Source: a candidate division FCPU426 bacterium (GTDB taxonomy: Bacteria > Oederibacteriota > JAAXVQ01 > JAUVAV01). Taken from it: a stretch of DNA of 64,000 bases. Position 1 is the first letter of the stretch. Every line of letters begins with the position of its first letter. Positions 17,664 through 27,656 of the stretch are shown here, piece after piece. The notes beneath the pieces are model-generated. The model was not told where the DNA came from. It saw only the letters and a program-made list of their open reading frames with translations, and did no database searches. The DNA lies in assembly GCA_040756875.1 (NCBI GenBank), contig JBFLYH010000001.1, positions 288,001 to 352,000 on the forward strand. The letters are read 5' to 3'. The position numbers were made by a program, and so were the translations under genes.

Positions 17664-20534
17664 ATGACGGTTTCCAGCTGGGCAAAGACCGGATGGATGG
17701 GTTTGCTGGCCGCCTGTTTCGCCGGCTGGGCGGCAAGCGCGGGAGCCACGACCTTCTATGTGGATTCCGTGGCCGGCAATGACGGCAACAGCGGCACGGA
17801 CAGCGGCGCGCCGTGGAAAACACTCTACCAAATCGAGATAGTCACTTTTCAAGCCGGCGACCGCATCCTGCTCAAACGCGGCTCTGTCTGGCGGGAATAC
17901 CTGGATATCCGCAGCTCCGGCGCAGCGGGGAATCCCGTGGTTTTCGGGGCCTACGGTTCGGGCAGCCTGCCGGTCATTTCCGGCGCCAACACGCTCTCCG
18001 CCTCCACCCACGAGTGGCGGTTGTCCACTGGCGGAACCAATGAGTACTACCTGACCGCCCTCGGCGGCGCCAACCCCGGCCTGTCCCAGGTCCGCCTGCT
18101 CTGGCGCAACCAGATCTCCCAACCCCGGGGCACTCTGGGCTCACTGCAAAACAACCAGTGGAATTGGGGCAACAACGATGCCCTGGGGTTCAACACCCTG
18201 TACTGGCGCCGCGATACCGGCACGCCGGGTTTTGCGGGCGATTGGGAGGCAGGCGCCCGATACCGGCCGGTGGATCTCTACCAGGTTTCCTACGTGGACA
18301 TCGAGGATTGGGAAATCCGACAGGCCAACGGCGAATGGGGCGGATGCCTGGGCATCGGCGAGTCGGATCATGTCAATGTGAGGCGCTGTCTGTTGCGCGA
18401 AGGCCATGATACCGTCGTATTGGTGTACCACATGTCCGGCCGGCCCTTGTGCACGAATTTTATTTTTGAAGACAATACAATATCCGGAGCGCGCAATCAC
18501 GACGGCCCGTCCGGCATTCTGTTCCTCTTGGACGCGTCCAACTGCATTGTCCGGCGCAATGCGCTTTCGGAGACCACGTACACCCTGTTGAATGTGGAAG
18601 GCGATGGCGGCGGACACCTGATCGAGGACAACGAGTTTTCGGGGTCGGACAAAGCCCTGCTGACCATCGATGAGGTCCTGGGGGGCAACAACGTCGTCCG
18701 CTACAACCGGCTCCACGGGGTGTCCGGACCGGGGAGCTGGACCGGGATTTATCTGGGCGATTCGTCCGGCAACACCCTTCATTCCAACCTGATCTACGAC
18801 ATTGATGGATACCATGCATTGCAAGTCGAGGGAATCACGACTACGCCCGCCGCCAACTGGATATACAACAACACCCTGGCTTTGACTGCGGCCAATGTGG
18901 CCGGGATACAATGCGGAGGAACCGTGGGCGGCCTGGAGATCAAAAACAACGTGATCGTGGTCGGCGGCAACGCCCAGGCCCTGATCGTGGAGGCGGTCAG
19001 CACGGCCGGCGTCGTTTCCGATCACAATCTCATGCGCAATACCTTCGGCGCCCTGGTTGCCTGGGCGGGCATTTCCTATCCGCTGGCGTCCTTCGCCGCC
19101 TATCAGGCCGCGTCAGGCCAGGATGCGCATTCCCTGACCTCGGATCCGCTTTTTCAAAACGCCACGGCCTACGATTTCCACCTCCAGACCGGTTCGCCGG
19201 CCATCAACGCCGGAACCGGCGTGGGTTTGACGCGCGATTTCGACGGCGTGAGCGTGCCCATGGACGGCCTGCCGGACATGGGCGCCTATGAGGCGGTGCC
19301 AACGGCGCGGGCGCTGTCCTTGCAATGGGTGTCAGCGCCCTTTGCCCTGGTTTTCAACCAGACCCAAAACAATTTTGCTGGGCAGATCGACTGCCAGATC
19401 CTGGATCATGACCAATTGCAGAGCCTGCGCGTGCAGAATCTCGGCACGGCCCGCGCCGGCGAAAGCATCAGCCGCCTGCGCTTGTGGCGCCGGGCGAACG
19501 GCGCGCAGTCCGGAACCGTGACGTTTGATCCCCTGCAGTGTCAGCCGCTGGGCGATTTGGCCGCCACGGCGGACCGGACCTGGGACTTGACGCTCAACCA
19601 GACCCTGCTGCCGGCGGACGCGCTGTACCTGACCGTGGACCTGGCGGCCGGGGCCCAAGCCGGACAGACCATCCGCCTGTCCCTGCCTGCCGGCGGCGCG
19701 GTTTTCGCCTACAGCACGCCCCTGATGGCCTCGGCCATCAGTGCGGCCAATGACCTGATGATCCAGCGCCAGCAGATGACCACGCTGGCGGTTTGCTCCC
19801 GTCTGCTGCGCAATGTCGCCGTCGGCCAGCGCGGCCTGGACCTGGGCGACGTCGTGGTGGCCAATGTCAGCGGCCAGACCCTGGCCCTGACTTCGCTGCG
19901 ACTGGCGTTGCAGGACGGCGCCGGCCGCAGCCTGGCGCCCGGCCAGGCGGGAGAACGCTGGTGGCTGGAACAGGGCGGTGCCGCGGTTTCAACGCTCCTG
20001 CCGCCGTTTTCTGGCGGCCTGCTGTTCACGTTTTCGCCCGCCGTCACCCTGTCCGACCAGGCGCAGGCCGTGTTGACGCTGAAAATGGATGTCAGCGCCC
20101 AGCCTGAAACCCGCAGGTTCCAGGTTTCGGTGCCGGACGCCCAAACGCTCAACTGGGGCCAGGTTTCAACCGCTCCGGCTTCGGGTGCAGGCTTTCCGCT
20201 TGCGTTCGACGCCGCCAATCTGCTGGCGCCCGAACTGTCCTCCTCTTTCCACATCTACCCCAATCCCGTCCGGCCCGCTGCGTCGCCGGCCAGGATCGTG
20301 TATTATCTGGAGCAGAGCGCCCGCGTGCAGCTGACGGTCATGACCCTGGACGGCAGGCGGGTTTACAGGCTGGGGTGGCGGCAGCAAGGTCCCGGCATGC
20401 AGGAAGGCGCTTGGGACGGGCGCAACGAAAACGGGTTGCAGGTCCGCAGCGGAGTCTATGTCCTGAAACTGGAAGCGCAATACGCAGGCGGAAAGCGGGA
20501 AACGCTCACGCGCAGGCTGGCCGTGGCGCATTGA
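17664..20534 (+). CDS. Secreted right-handed beta-helix protein with choice-of-anchor Q-like segment and FlgD-Ig/T9SS-like C-terminal domain
   Basis: Signal peptide; FYVDSVAGNDGNSG...APWKT; PbH1-like repeats; DFHLQTGSPAINAG...DMGAYE; C-terminal IYPNP...WDGRNENG...SGVYVLKL...RRLAV. Confidence 0.85.
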   Translation: MTVSSWAKTGWMGLLAACFAGWAASAGATTFYVDSVAGNDGNSGTDSGAPWKTLYQIEIVTFQAGDRILLKRGSVWREYLDIRSSGAAGNPVVFGAYGSGSLPVISGANTLSASTHEWRLSTGGTNEYYLTALGGANPGLSQVRLLWRNQISQPRGTLGSLQNNQWNWGNNDALGFNTLYWRRDTGTPGFAGDWEAGARYRPVDLYQVSYVDIEDWEIRQANGEWGGCLGIGESDHVNVRRCLLREGHDTVVLVYHMSGRPLCTNFIFEDNTISGARNHDGPSGILFLLDASNCIVRRNALSETTYTLLNVEGDGGGHLIEDNEFSGSDKALLTIDEVLGGNNVVRYNRLHGVSGPGSWTGIYLGDSSGNTLHSNLIYDIDGYHALQVEGITTTPAANWIYNNTLALTAANVAGIQCGGTVGGLEIKNNVIVVGGNAQALIVEAVSTAGVVSDHNLMRNTFGALVAWAGISYPLASFAAYQAASGQDAHSLTSDPLFQNATAYDFHLQTGSPAINAGTGVGLTRDFDGVSVPMDGLPDMGAYEAVPTARALSLQWVSAPFALVFNQTQNNFAGQIDCQILDHDQLQSLRVQNLGTARAGESISRLRLWRRANGAQSGTVTFDPLQCQPLGDLAATADRTWDLTLNQTLLPADALYLTVDLAAGAQAGQTIRLSLPAGGAVFAYSTPLMASAISAANDLMIQRQQMTTLAVCSRLLRNVAVGQRGLDLGDVVVANVSGQTLALTSLRLALQDGAGRSLAPGQAGERWWLEQGGAAVSTLLPPFSGGLLFTFSPAVTLSDQAQAVLTLKMDVSAQPETRRFQVSVPDAQTLNWGQVSTAPASGAGFPLAFDAANLLAPELSSSFHIYPNPVRPAASPARIVYYLEQSARVQLTVMTLDGRRVYRLGWRQQGPGMQEGAWDGRNENGLQVRSGVYVLKLEAQYAGGKRETLTRRLAVAH

Positions 20535-20541
20535 CGGGGAA

Positions 20542-21624
20542 TTACATCGGCACCAGGAAAGTAAGTTCGGCGTGGCAGTCCCAAAAGCATTCTTTGCAGT
20601 TCAAAGCCTCCAGCCGGTCCTGCCGCCATTTCGGGCTGTTCCACAGCTGTTTCAGGCTCTTGCCCTTCGGGTCCCATTGAAATAAAAAACGGGCTGTGTT
20701 CATGTAGGGGATGCAGCGGTAGATCTTGAAATCCGCGCCCATGACCAGATGGGTGTAGCCCGCGTTGCAGCGTTCGGGCATGACCCCGCCGGTCATGACG
20801 TGGTAGAACCCCCGGAGGTATGAGGAGCTGTTTTCGAGGGGCAGGCCGTAGCGGTGCGACAGGGCGAGCAGGGTCTCGTACAGGTTGGGGCTGACTTTTT
20901 CCGAGCGGGCGAGGAAACTTTTGCCGTTTGCGATGTCGTGCAGGGGGATGAAACAAATCCGGTCCGCGCCCGAAGGCGCGACTTTTTGGAACAGGACGTC
21001 CAGGTCGTCCACGTTCAGGTCGCTGAGCGTGGTGACCGCGGTGATGCTGAATTTCTTCCCGCGCGCGTCGCGGGCCCGCGCCAGGGCGCCAATGCGGTCC
21101 AGCACCCGCGCCAGCACGCCCTTGCCCCCGCGCAGTTGGTCGTTGATTTCCTCCCGCCCGCTGTCAATGGACACGTTGACATTGTCGAAATCCACTTCCA
21201 GAAGATCGGCGATCCCGGCTTCGGTCAGGAGCATGAGGTTGCTGTTGAGCGTGACCGTATTGCGCGGGCTTTTGGCGTGTTGCAAAAGCTGCAAGGCGTC
21301 GGGCCGGGTCAGGGGCTCGCCGCCGCTGATGGCAATGCCGCCCAGGCCGAGCTCGTGCAGCTGGTCCAGCACCTGTTTCCAGGCGGCCGTGGGCTGGTTG
21401 TTGGGGTGGCTTTGGAAGCGGTGCGGCAGCACGCACATGGGGCAGCGCAGGTTGCAGTTTTCGGTCACGACCAGGCCGCAGGCCAGGGGCGGCGGGGAAT
21501 AGCCGGTTTTCAGGCGGCTTTCGATTTTCAGGAACAGATAGGTATAGGCTTTGTGCAGCAGCCAGAAAAAATCGAGGCGCTTCAGGCGCTCCCAGATCAC
21601 CGAGGCGTAGATTTTACGCTGCAT
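20542..21624 (-). CDS. Radical SAM protein with SPASM/twitch domain
   Basis: CNLRCPMC, SGGEP, VSIDS; C-terminal CNAG...RC...CKECFWDC. Confidence 0.92.
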   Translation of the reverse strand: MQRKIYASVIWERLKRLDFFWLLHKAYTYLFLKIESRLKTGYSPPPLACGLVVTENCNLRCPMCVLPHRFQSHPNNQPTAAWKQVLDQLHELGLGGIAISGGEPLTRPDALQLLQHAKSPRNTVTLNSNLMLLTEAGIADLLEVDFDNVNVSIDSGREEINDQLRGGKGVLARVLDRIGALARARDARGKKFSITAVTTLSDLNVDDLDVLFQKVAPSGADRICFIPLHDIANGKSFLARSEKVSPNLYETLLALSHRYGLPLENSSSYLRGFYHVMTGGVMPERCNAGYTHLVMGADFKIYRCIPYMNTARFLFQWDPKGKSLKQLWNSPKWRQDRLEALNCKECFWDCHAELTFLVPM

Positions 21625-22363
21625 GCCGCTTCCCTGAGGCCGAGGGCAGCCAGGATTCAGGCAGGAACGTGATGCCCCACATGATATACCGCCAAAACCA
21701 GGGCACATAGGCTTCGACTGCTTTGGCCCTGATCGCGCGCCGGATGCCGCGGGCCACGGCCGCGGGCCGGGCGTAAAGGGGGTTTTTGGGCAGCGCCGCG
21801 GTCAGGGGCGTGTCTGTCAGGCCGGGCTTGATGGTCACGACCGCCACGCCGGCCGGACGCAGGCGCTGGCGCAGGCCCTGCAGGAACACGGTCACTCCGG
21901 CTTTGCAGGCCGCGTAAACGTACTGGTCGCGGCGGCCCCGGTCGCCGGCTACGGAGGTCAGCACGGCGATGGTGCCGCGCCCCTGTTGCTCGAACCAGGC
22001 CGCCAGACGCAGCAGCAGCAGGAGGGTGCCGGTGAAATTCGTTTCCACTTCAGGGGGCAGCAAATCGGGGTTCTTTTCAATGGGCCCGGGAAAGACCGGG
22101 GTCGCGTGGGCGATCAAGGCCACGTCCGCGCCGCCCAGGGCTTTGATCTTTTGCAGCAGCAGGGAATGGCGCTGCCGGCGGTTGACATCCAGGGGAAAAC
22201 AGACGGTTTTGGTTGCGCCCAGTTTCCGCAGTTCCGCGGCCAGGGCGGACAGTTTTTTCGGATCGCGGGCCGCGAGCAGGAAAGCGGCCCCTTCGCGGGC
22301 GTACAAGCGGGCGGTTTCCCGCGCCATGGCGGAAGTCGCGCCGATGATCAGGATTTTTTCCAC
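21614..22363 (-). CDS. SDR oxidoreductase, DprE2-like subfamily
   Basis: IIGATSAMA, SVAGDRGR, YAACK (YxxxK), TIKPGLTDTPLT. Confidence 0.88.
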   Translation of the reverse strand: MEKILIIGATSAMARETARLYAREGAAFLLAARDPKKLSALAAELRKLGATKTVCFPLDVNRRQRHSLLLQKIKALGGADVALIAHATPVFPGPIEKNPDLLPPEVETNFTGTLLLLLRLAAWFEQQGRGTIAVLTSVAGDRGRRDQYVYAACKAGVTVFLQGLRQRLRPAGVAVVTIKPGLTDTPLTAALPKNPLYARPAAVARGIRRAIRAKAVEAYVPWFWRYIMWGITFLPESWLPSASGKRHAA

Positions 22364-22366
22364 GGG

Positions 22367-23203
22367 TCAGCCTTTCCGAAACAAGGCCAGGCCTTCGGCC
22401 ACGGGCGAAAGGCTGCTGCCCGCTCCGAAAACAAGCGGCGGGCATTCCTTGAGATGGGTTTTCCACCAGGCTTTATCCATCAGCCCCTGCATGTAGGTCT
22501 CGGATTCAGCCTCGTGGGTGAACACATACCCGCCTTTTTTAAGGCGCGGCCAGAGCGATTTCAGGCAGTCGCGGGCCGAGCTGATTAAATCCACGTCCAG
22601 CACGATAGCCGCCGGCTTCACGTTAAGCCGCGGCAGGGAGCGGTTGAAGAATCCGGGCACGAATTCGCAAACCTCGATCGCGCCGTATCGCGAGATGTTG
22701 CCCTTGATTTCGTCCAGCGTGGCCGCGTAGTCGCCTTCCTGGTAAGTATGCGTGCGCGAGTCGTTGAAGATCTTGACCTTGGCCTCGGATTTGGACGGCG
22801 CGGGCAGGCCCTGGAAGGAATCGCAGACGTAGAGCTTGCGTCCCGTAGCCCGGGCGATCAGCGACAGTTGGGCCGAAGAACCGCCCTTGAAGGAGCCGCA
22901 TTCCACGATGGGCCCGGCTACGTCCAGGTCCAGGAGGAATTTCGCGACCTGCGCGAAGTGGAAGGGGAAGTGCAGGCACAGGATGCTGCGGTAAATGGTC
23001 TTGAACCGCGCCAGCAAATCGGCGCGCAGGCGGCGCCTTTCGGGCGTGGCTGCTTCGGCGATGAATTTTTTTTCCTCGGCGCGCAAAAGCAGGAAGAGGG
23101 CGGCGGCTTTGGTCAGGCCGAAATACTTCAGCGCTTGGCGGGCGGCCCCGATAAAACCCGGGCGCATTTCGCGGTGGATGACAGGCTGGGACTCGTTGGG
23201 CAT
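22367..23203 (-). CDS. TylF/MycF/NovP family O-methyltransferase
   Basis: IVECGSFKGGS, CDSFQGLP, PGFF..SLP, LDVDL..S. Confidence 0.88.
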   Translation of the reverse strand: MPNESQPVIHREMRPGFIGAARQALKYFGLTKAAALFLLLRAEEKKFIAEAATPERRRLRADLLARFKTIYRSILCLHFPFHFAQVAKFLLDLDVAGPIVECGSFKGGSSAQLSLIARATGRKLYVCDSFQGLPAPSKSEAKVKIFNDSRTHTYQEGDYAATLDEIKGNISRYGAIEVCEFVPGFFNRSLPRLNVKPAAIVLDVDLISSARDCLKSLWPRLKKGGYVFTHEAESETYMQGLMDKAWWKTHLKECPPLVFGAGSSLSPVAEGLALFRKG

Positions 23204-23299
23204 GCGGCAGCTCCGGAAAGGTGGAAGTCGGCGGAAACGAGGTTCCGCAGGTGAGGAAATTGTACGATAAATCCCAGCCGGCCGCAAAATGTTTCCGCG

Positions 23300-25231
23300 T
23301 CAGGGGTTCTTTTCTTTAGCGGCCGGTTTTTCCGGGGCGGAATCCTGGGCCGGCGCGGCGTGGGAACGCTCCGAGGCTTCGATGGCCTGGGTGGCCGCCT
23401 CGATGGCTTTGGTGGCCGCCACAATGACCTCGGCGGCCGCTGCGGCGGGTTTCGGGGATTCCGCAGCCGCTTCCTCCTTGCCGCCGCGCTTTTCCTGGTC
23501 CGCCTGCTGCTTGATCGCGGAAATGGCCTGGGTGGCCGCTTCCACGGCCTGGGTCGCAGCCGCCAGCACATCCTTGGGCGCCGGCGGCGCGGTTTCGGGC
23601 TTCACCAGCTTGAACCAGTAAAACGTGTGGGGGCCGAAGCTGAGGGTATAGGGGCTGTCCGTGATTTTGGGAAAATGGGCGCCGCCGATCAGTTCCACGG
23701 GCGTCCAGCCCGGGTATTTCTTCAGGTCGATCTGGGCGAACTGCACGTAGCGGGAGAGGTTGTTGACGATCAAAAGCGTTTCGTCCTGATACTCGCGGAT
23801 ATAGGCGAGGATTTTTTGGTTGCTCGGCGCCAGGAATTCCAGGGTGCCACGGCCGAAGGCCTTGTGCTGCTTGCGGGTCTGGATGAATTTCTTCATCCAG
23901 TTGAGGAAGGAGGTAGGCGTGCGTTTTTGCGCCTCCACGTTAACGGCCTGGTAACCGTAGACCGGGTCGCTGATGACCGGCGCATACAATTGGGCCGCGT
24001 CGGCCGTGGAGAAGCCGGCATTGCGGTCGCCGTTCCACTGCATGGGCGTGCGCACGCCGTTGCGATCCCCGAGATAGATGTTGTCGCCCATGCCGAGCTC
24101 GTCGCCGTAATAAATGACCGGCGTGCCGGGCATGGTGAACAGCAGGCTGTTGAGCAGCTCCAGCTGGCGGCGGCCGTTGTTCATCAGCGGCGCCAGGCGG
24201 TGACGGATGCCCAGGTTCAGCTTGGCCTTGGGATGCTTGGCGTACTCCCGGTACATATAATCGCGTTCTTCGTGGGTGACCATTTCCAGGGTCAGTTCGT
24301 CGTGGTTGCGCAAAAACAGGGCCCACTGGCAGTTGGCGGGCAGGGGCGGCGTCTGGCGCATGATGTCGATGATCGGCTTGCTGTCCTCCATGCGCAGGGC
24401 CATGAAAATCCGCGGCATGAGCGGGAAGTGGAAGGCCATGTGGCACTCGTCGCCGTCGCCGAAATAAGGCCGCACGTCCGCGGGCCACTGGTTGGCTTCG
24501 GCCAGCAGCACCTTGTTTTTGTATTTTTTGTCCAGCCGCTGGCGCAGGGCTTTGAGATAGGCGTGGGTTTCAGGGAGATTTTCGCAGTTGGTGCCGTCGC
24601 GTTCGAAAAGATAGGGCACGGCATCCAGCCGGAACCCGTCCACGCCCGTGTCCAGCCAGTAGGAGAGGGTGTTCAGCATGGTGCGGCAGACGATGGGATT
24701 GTCGTAATTCAGGTCCGGCTGGTGGCTGAAAAAGCGGTGCCAGTAATACTGCTTGGAGACCGGGTCCCAGGCCCAGTTGGATTTTTCGGTGTCTGTGAAG
24801 ATGACCCGCGCGCCCTCGTACCGCTTGCCCGGCTCGTCGATCCAGACGTAGAAATCGCGTTTTTTGGACTGGCGGGCCTGGCGGGCCTCCTGGAACCAGA
24901 CATGCTGGTCCGAAGTGTGGTTCATCACCAGCTCGATCAGCACGCGGATGTCGCGCTTGTGGGCCTCGCGCACGAAGCGGCGGAAATCCTTCAACGTGCC
25001 GTATTCCGGCTGGAGGCTGCGATAATCGGCGATGTCGTAGCCGTCGTCCTTCAGGGGGGATTTGTAAAAGGGGAGCAGCCAGATGCAATTGACGCCCAGT
25101 TCGTGCAAATAATCCAGTTTTTGGATCAGTCCCGGGAAGTCGCCGATGCCGTCGCCATTGCCGTCGGAGAAGGCTTTAACGTGCAGTTCGTAGATGACGG
25201 CGTCCTGGTACCAAAGAGGGTCGTTTTGCAT
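23300..25231 (-). CDS. treS: Trehalose synthase (maltose alpha-D-glucosyltransferase) with Ala-rich C-terminal extension
   Basis: DPLWYQDAVIYELHV, SPLKDDGYDIADY, WHRFFSHQPDLN, GFRLDAVPYL, EANQWP, FLRNHDELTLE. Confidence 0.97.
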   Translation of the reverse strand: MQNDPLWYQDAVIYELHVKAFSDGNGDGIGDFPGLIQKLDYLHELGVNCIWLLPFYKSPLKDDGYDIADYRSLQPEYGTLKDFRRFVREAHKRDIRVLIELVMNHTSDQHVWFQEARQARQSKKRDFYVWIDEPGKRYEGARVIFTDTEKSNWAWDPVSKQYYWHRFFSHQPDLNYDNPIVCRTMLNTLSYWLDTGVDGFRLDAVPYLFERDGTNCENLPETHAYLKALRQRLDKKYKNKVLLAEANQWPADVRPYFGDGDECHMAFHFPLMPRIFMALRMEDSKPIIDIMRQTPPLPANCQWALFLRNHDELTLEMVTHEERDYMYREYAKHPKAKLNLGIRHRLAPLMNNGRRQLELLNSLLFTMPGTPVIYYGDELGMGDNIYLGDRNGVRTPMQWNGDRNAGFSTADAAQLYAPVISDPVYGYQAVNVEAQKRTPTSFLNWMKKFIQTRKQHKAFGRGTLEFLAPSNQKILAYIREYQDETLLIVNNLSRYVQFAQIDLKKYPGWTPVELIGGAHFPKITDSPYTLSFGPHTFYWFKLVKPETAPPAPKDVLAAATQAVEAATQAISAIKQQADQEKRGGKEEAAAESPKPAAAAAEVIVAATKAIEAATQAIEASERSHAAPAQDSAPEKPAAKEKNP

Positions 25232-25358
25232 GCGGGTCTCCTTTTGCGCTGTGCAAATTTTACACTAGCCTGTCGGAATGTTGAAAGACAAAATGCGCTG
25301 CCATATAAACCGGGATAGAAGCCGCCGCCGGCGGCGCGGAGATTGTAGACGAAAAAAC

Positions 25359-25393
25359 TTGACCAATAAAATAAAACAGGTACTATATTACCT
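25359..25393 (+). promoter_or_regulatory. Sigma70-type promoter overlapped by an inverted-repeat operator candidate
   Basis: TTGACC-N16-TACTAT; AGGTA-N6-TACCT (25378-25393) spans the -10 box. Confidence 0.55.
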
Positions 25394-25421
25394 AAATAGG
25401 ACGGGCTGAGGAGGCTGGATC

Positions 25422-26261
25422 ATGAAACGGAAGATCATACATATTGACGAAGACCGCTGCAACGGTTGCGCGGCCTGCATCCCGAACTGCCCGGAGGGAG
25501 CCCTGCAAATCATCGACGGCAAGGCCCGGCTGGTCTCTGATTTGTTCTGCGACGGCCTGGGCGCGTGCCTGGGGCATTGTCCGGAAGGCGCCATCCTCGT
25601 GGAAGAACGCGAAGCCGAGCCGTACGACGAAAGGCGGGTGATGGAAAACATCGTCCGCCAGGGCGCCGGCACCATCCGGGCGCACTTGATCCATTTGCAG
25701 GAACACGGGGAAGACGCGCTCTACCGCCAGGCGGCGGCCTACCTGCGCGAACAGGGGATCGGCAATCCCTGCGAAGATCCGGGCCCTTCCCGGGCCGAAC
25801 ACGGCGGGTGCCCCGGGTCCCGCCTGCGCACGCTGAAACCATCCGGCGCGGCGCCGGCTGCACCCTCGTCCGAACGGCCTTCGCAGCTGCAGAATTGGCC
25901 GATCCAAATCCACCTGGCCAATCCGCGGGCGCCCTATTTCCGCGGCGCCGACCTGCTGCTGGCCGCGGATTGCGCCGGATTCGCGGCGACAGACCTGCAC
26001 AACCAGTGGCTTGCAGGGCGCGTGACGCTCATCGGTTGCCCGAAGCTGGATGACACCGAAGCCTACCTTGAGAAATTGACGGCGATTTTTAAGCAGAACG
26101 AGCCCCGTTCCCTGACGGTTTTGCACATGGAAGTGCCGTGTTGCGGAGGCTTGGTGGCATTGGCCCGCGAGGCTTTGACGCGTTCCGGCGCCCAGACGCC
26201 GTTTACTGCCGTCCAGATCAGCCTGCAGGGCGAAATCCTTCGGTCCCTGCCCGTGGCATAA
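25422..26261 (+). CDS. 4Fe-4S dicluster protein with Cys-rich C-terminal domain (family often found beside hcp)
   Basis: CNGCAACIPNCP, CDGLGACLGHCP, GGCPGS, QNWPIQIHL, AADC, IGCPKLD, MEVPCCGG. Confidence 0.88.
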   Translation: MKRKIIHIDEDRCNGCAACIPNCPEGALQIIDGKARLVSDLFCDGLGACLGHCPEGAILVEEREAEPYDERRVMENIVRQGAGTIRAHLIHLQEHGEDALYRQAAAYLREQGIGNPCEDPGPSRAEHGGCPGSRLRTLKPSGAAPAAPSSERPSQLQNWPIQIHLANPRAPYFRGADLLLAADCAGFAATDLHNQWLAGRVTLIGCPKLDDTEAYLEKLTAIFKQNEPRSLTVLHMEVPCCGGLVALAREALTRSGAQTPFTAVQISLQGEILRSLPVA

Positions 26262-26284
26262 AACCCAAATCTGTTTCTTGGGTT

Positions 26285-26312
26285 TTGTGCCGATCCCCAT
26301 CCGTGCTATAAT
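26285..26312 (+). promoter_or_regulatory. Extended -10 sigma70 promoter for the TolC-RND operon
   Basis: TTGTGC-N16-TATAAT with TGn; a 10-bp hairpin follows in the leader. Confidence 0.5.
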
Positions 26313-26384
26313 TCTGACTTCAATAACCGCCGGCTGTCCGCGCTTTCAGACTCAAGCGGACGGCCATTCGGGAAGGATGCCGAG

Positions 26385-27656
26385 ATGAAGGTTCGCCATT
26401 TTGGCTGGGTGCTAGGGTGCGTCGTCGGACTTGCAGGGGCGGCGCGTGCTTTGTCGAACATGACCTTGGCGGAATGTTACCAGGCGGCCCAAAAACAAAG
26501 CGAAATCCTGGCCGGCCAAACCGAGCTGGTCAACCAGGCGGAAGCCCGCTATCGCCAGGCCCTGGCGGCCGTGTTGCCCGGTCTTTCGCTGCAGGGAATT
26601 TACCTCCACCAACAGGAGAAGAGCGGCCCGGCGTCGGACCAGACCGTGGCCAAGCTGGCCGCGGTGCAACCGCTGTTCCGGGGGTTCCGGGAATACGCGG
26701 CCCTGCGCCAAACCCAAAACCTGATCACTGCCGAAAAAGAAGCCAGACAGTGGGCGAACCTGCAGCTTTATCAGGACGTGGCTGAGGCGTTCTACACCGT
26801 GCTCTCCCTGGAAACCGAGCAGGCGCACCTGGAGATCCAACTGCGCCTGTATGACCAGCGGATCAAAGATTTGCAGGACCGGGTGCGCATCGGCCGTTCG
26901 CGGGACAGTGAAGTTTTGTCGGTCCAATCCGCCCAGGCGGGTTTGCAGGCCCAGGTTCAGGAGCTGCAAGGCTTGATCGACGTGGCCAAGGAACTTTTGA
27001 CGTTCCTCACCGGCCTGCCGCGGGACAGCCAGTGCCAGGCTCCGGCGCCGTTTGCTCAGACTTTGGAGCCGGTGGAGACCTACCTCGACCGGGCGCAGAA
27101 CCGGCCGGATATCGCGGCAGCGCGCAGCCGGGTTGAAGCCGGCCGTGATGCTGTCGGGGTCGCTACGGGCGGGCATTGGCCCTCCCTGGATGCGAGCGCC
27201 AATTACTATCTGTATGAATCCGGCGTTTCCCAGGAAAACACCTGGGATGCACAGCTCGCCCTGACCCTGCCGCTGTTCTTGGGCGGGGCGGTGGCCGCCA
27301 CCACTGCCGAGGCCCAGGCGCAGCTCCGGCAGAACGAATTGACGTGGGAACGGTTGCGCCGCTCGGCCGAGCAGGAGATCCGCGGCCAATATGCCACAGT
27401 GCAGACCGGGCTGGCCCAGCGGCAGGCCTGGGAAAAAGCTTCGGCTCTGGCGCACCAAAACTATCTGGCCGTGGTGCGGGACTACAACCTGGGCCTGGCC
27501 ACGAACCTCGACGTATTGAAGGCTCTGGCCGACGACCAGGACGCCCTGCGCAGCCTCGACCGCGCGCGCTTCGGCGTCTGGATAGGCTATAGCCGCCTGT
27601 TGGCTTCCTCCGCCCTGGTCCCGGCGGCGGAGGTTGCCGGAAACCAACAGCCGTGA
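26385..27656 (+). CDS. TolC family outer-membrane efflux protein
   Basis: Signal peptide; QPLFRG, NRPDI, LTLPLFLGG, YNLGLATNLDVL. Confidence 0.92.
   Translation: MKVRHFGWVLGCVVGLAGAARALSNMTLAECYQAAQKQSEILAGQTELVNQAEARYRQALAAVLPGLSLQGIYLHQQEKSGPASDQTVAKLAAVQPLFRGFREYAALRQTQNLITAEKEARQWANLQLYQDVAEAFYTVLSLETEQAHLEIQLRLYDQRIKDLQDRVRIGRSRDSEVLSVQSAQAGLQAQVQELQGLIDVAKELLTFLTGLPRDSQCQAPAPFAQTLEPVETYLDRAQNRPDIAAARSRVEAGRDAVGVATGGHWPSLDASANYYLYESGVSQENTWDAQLALTLPLFLGGAVAATTAEAQAQLRQNELTWERLRRSAEQEIRGQYATVQTGLAQRQAWEKASALAHQNYLAVVRDYNLGLATNLDVLKALADDQDALRSLDRARFGVWIGYSRLLASSALVPAAEVAGNQQP

Noticed and set aside
23360-25318. 652-aa plus-strand ORF
   Set aside because: Antisense shadow of treS.
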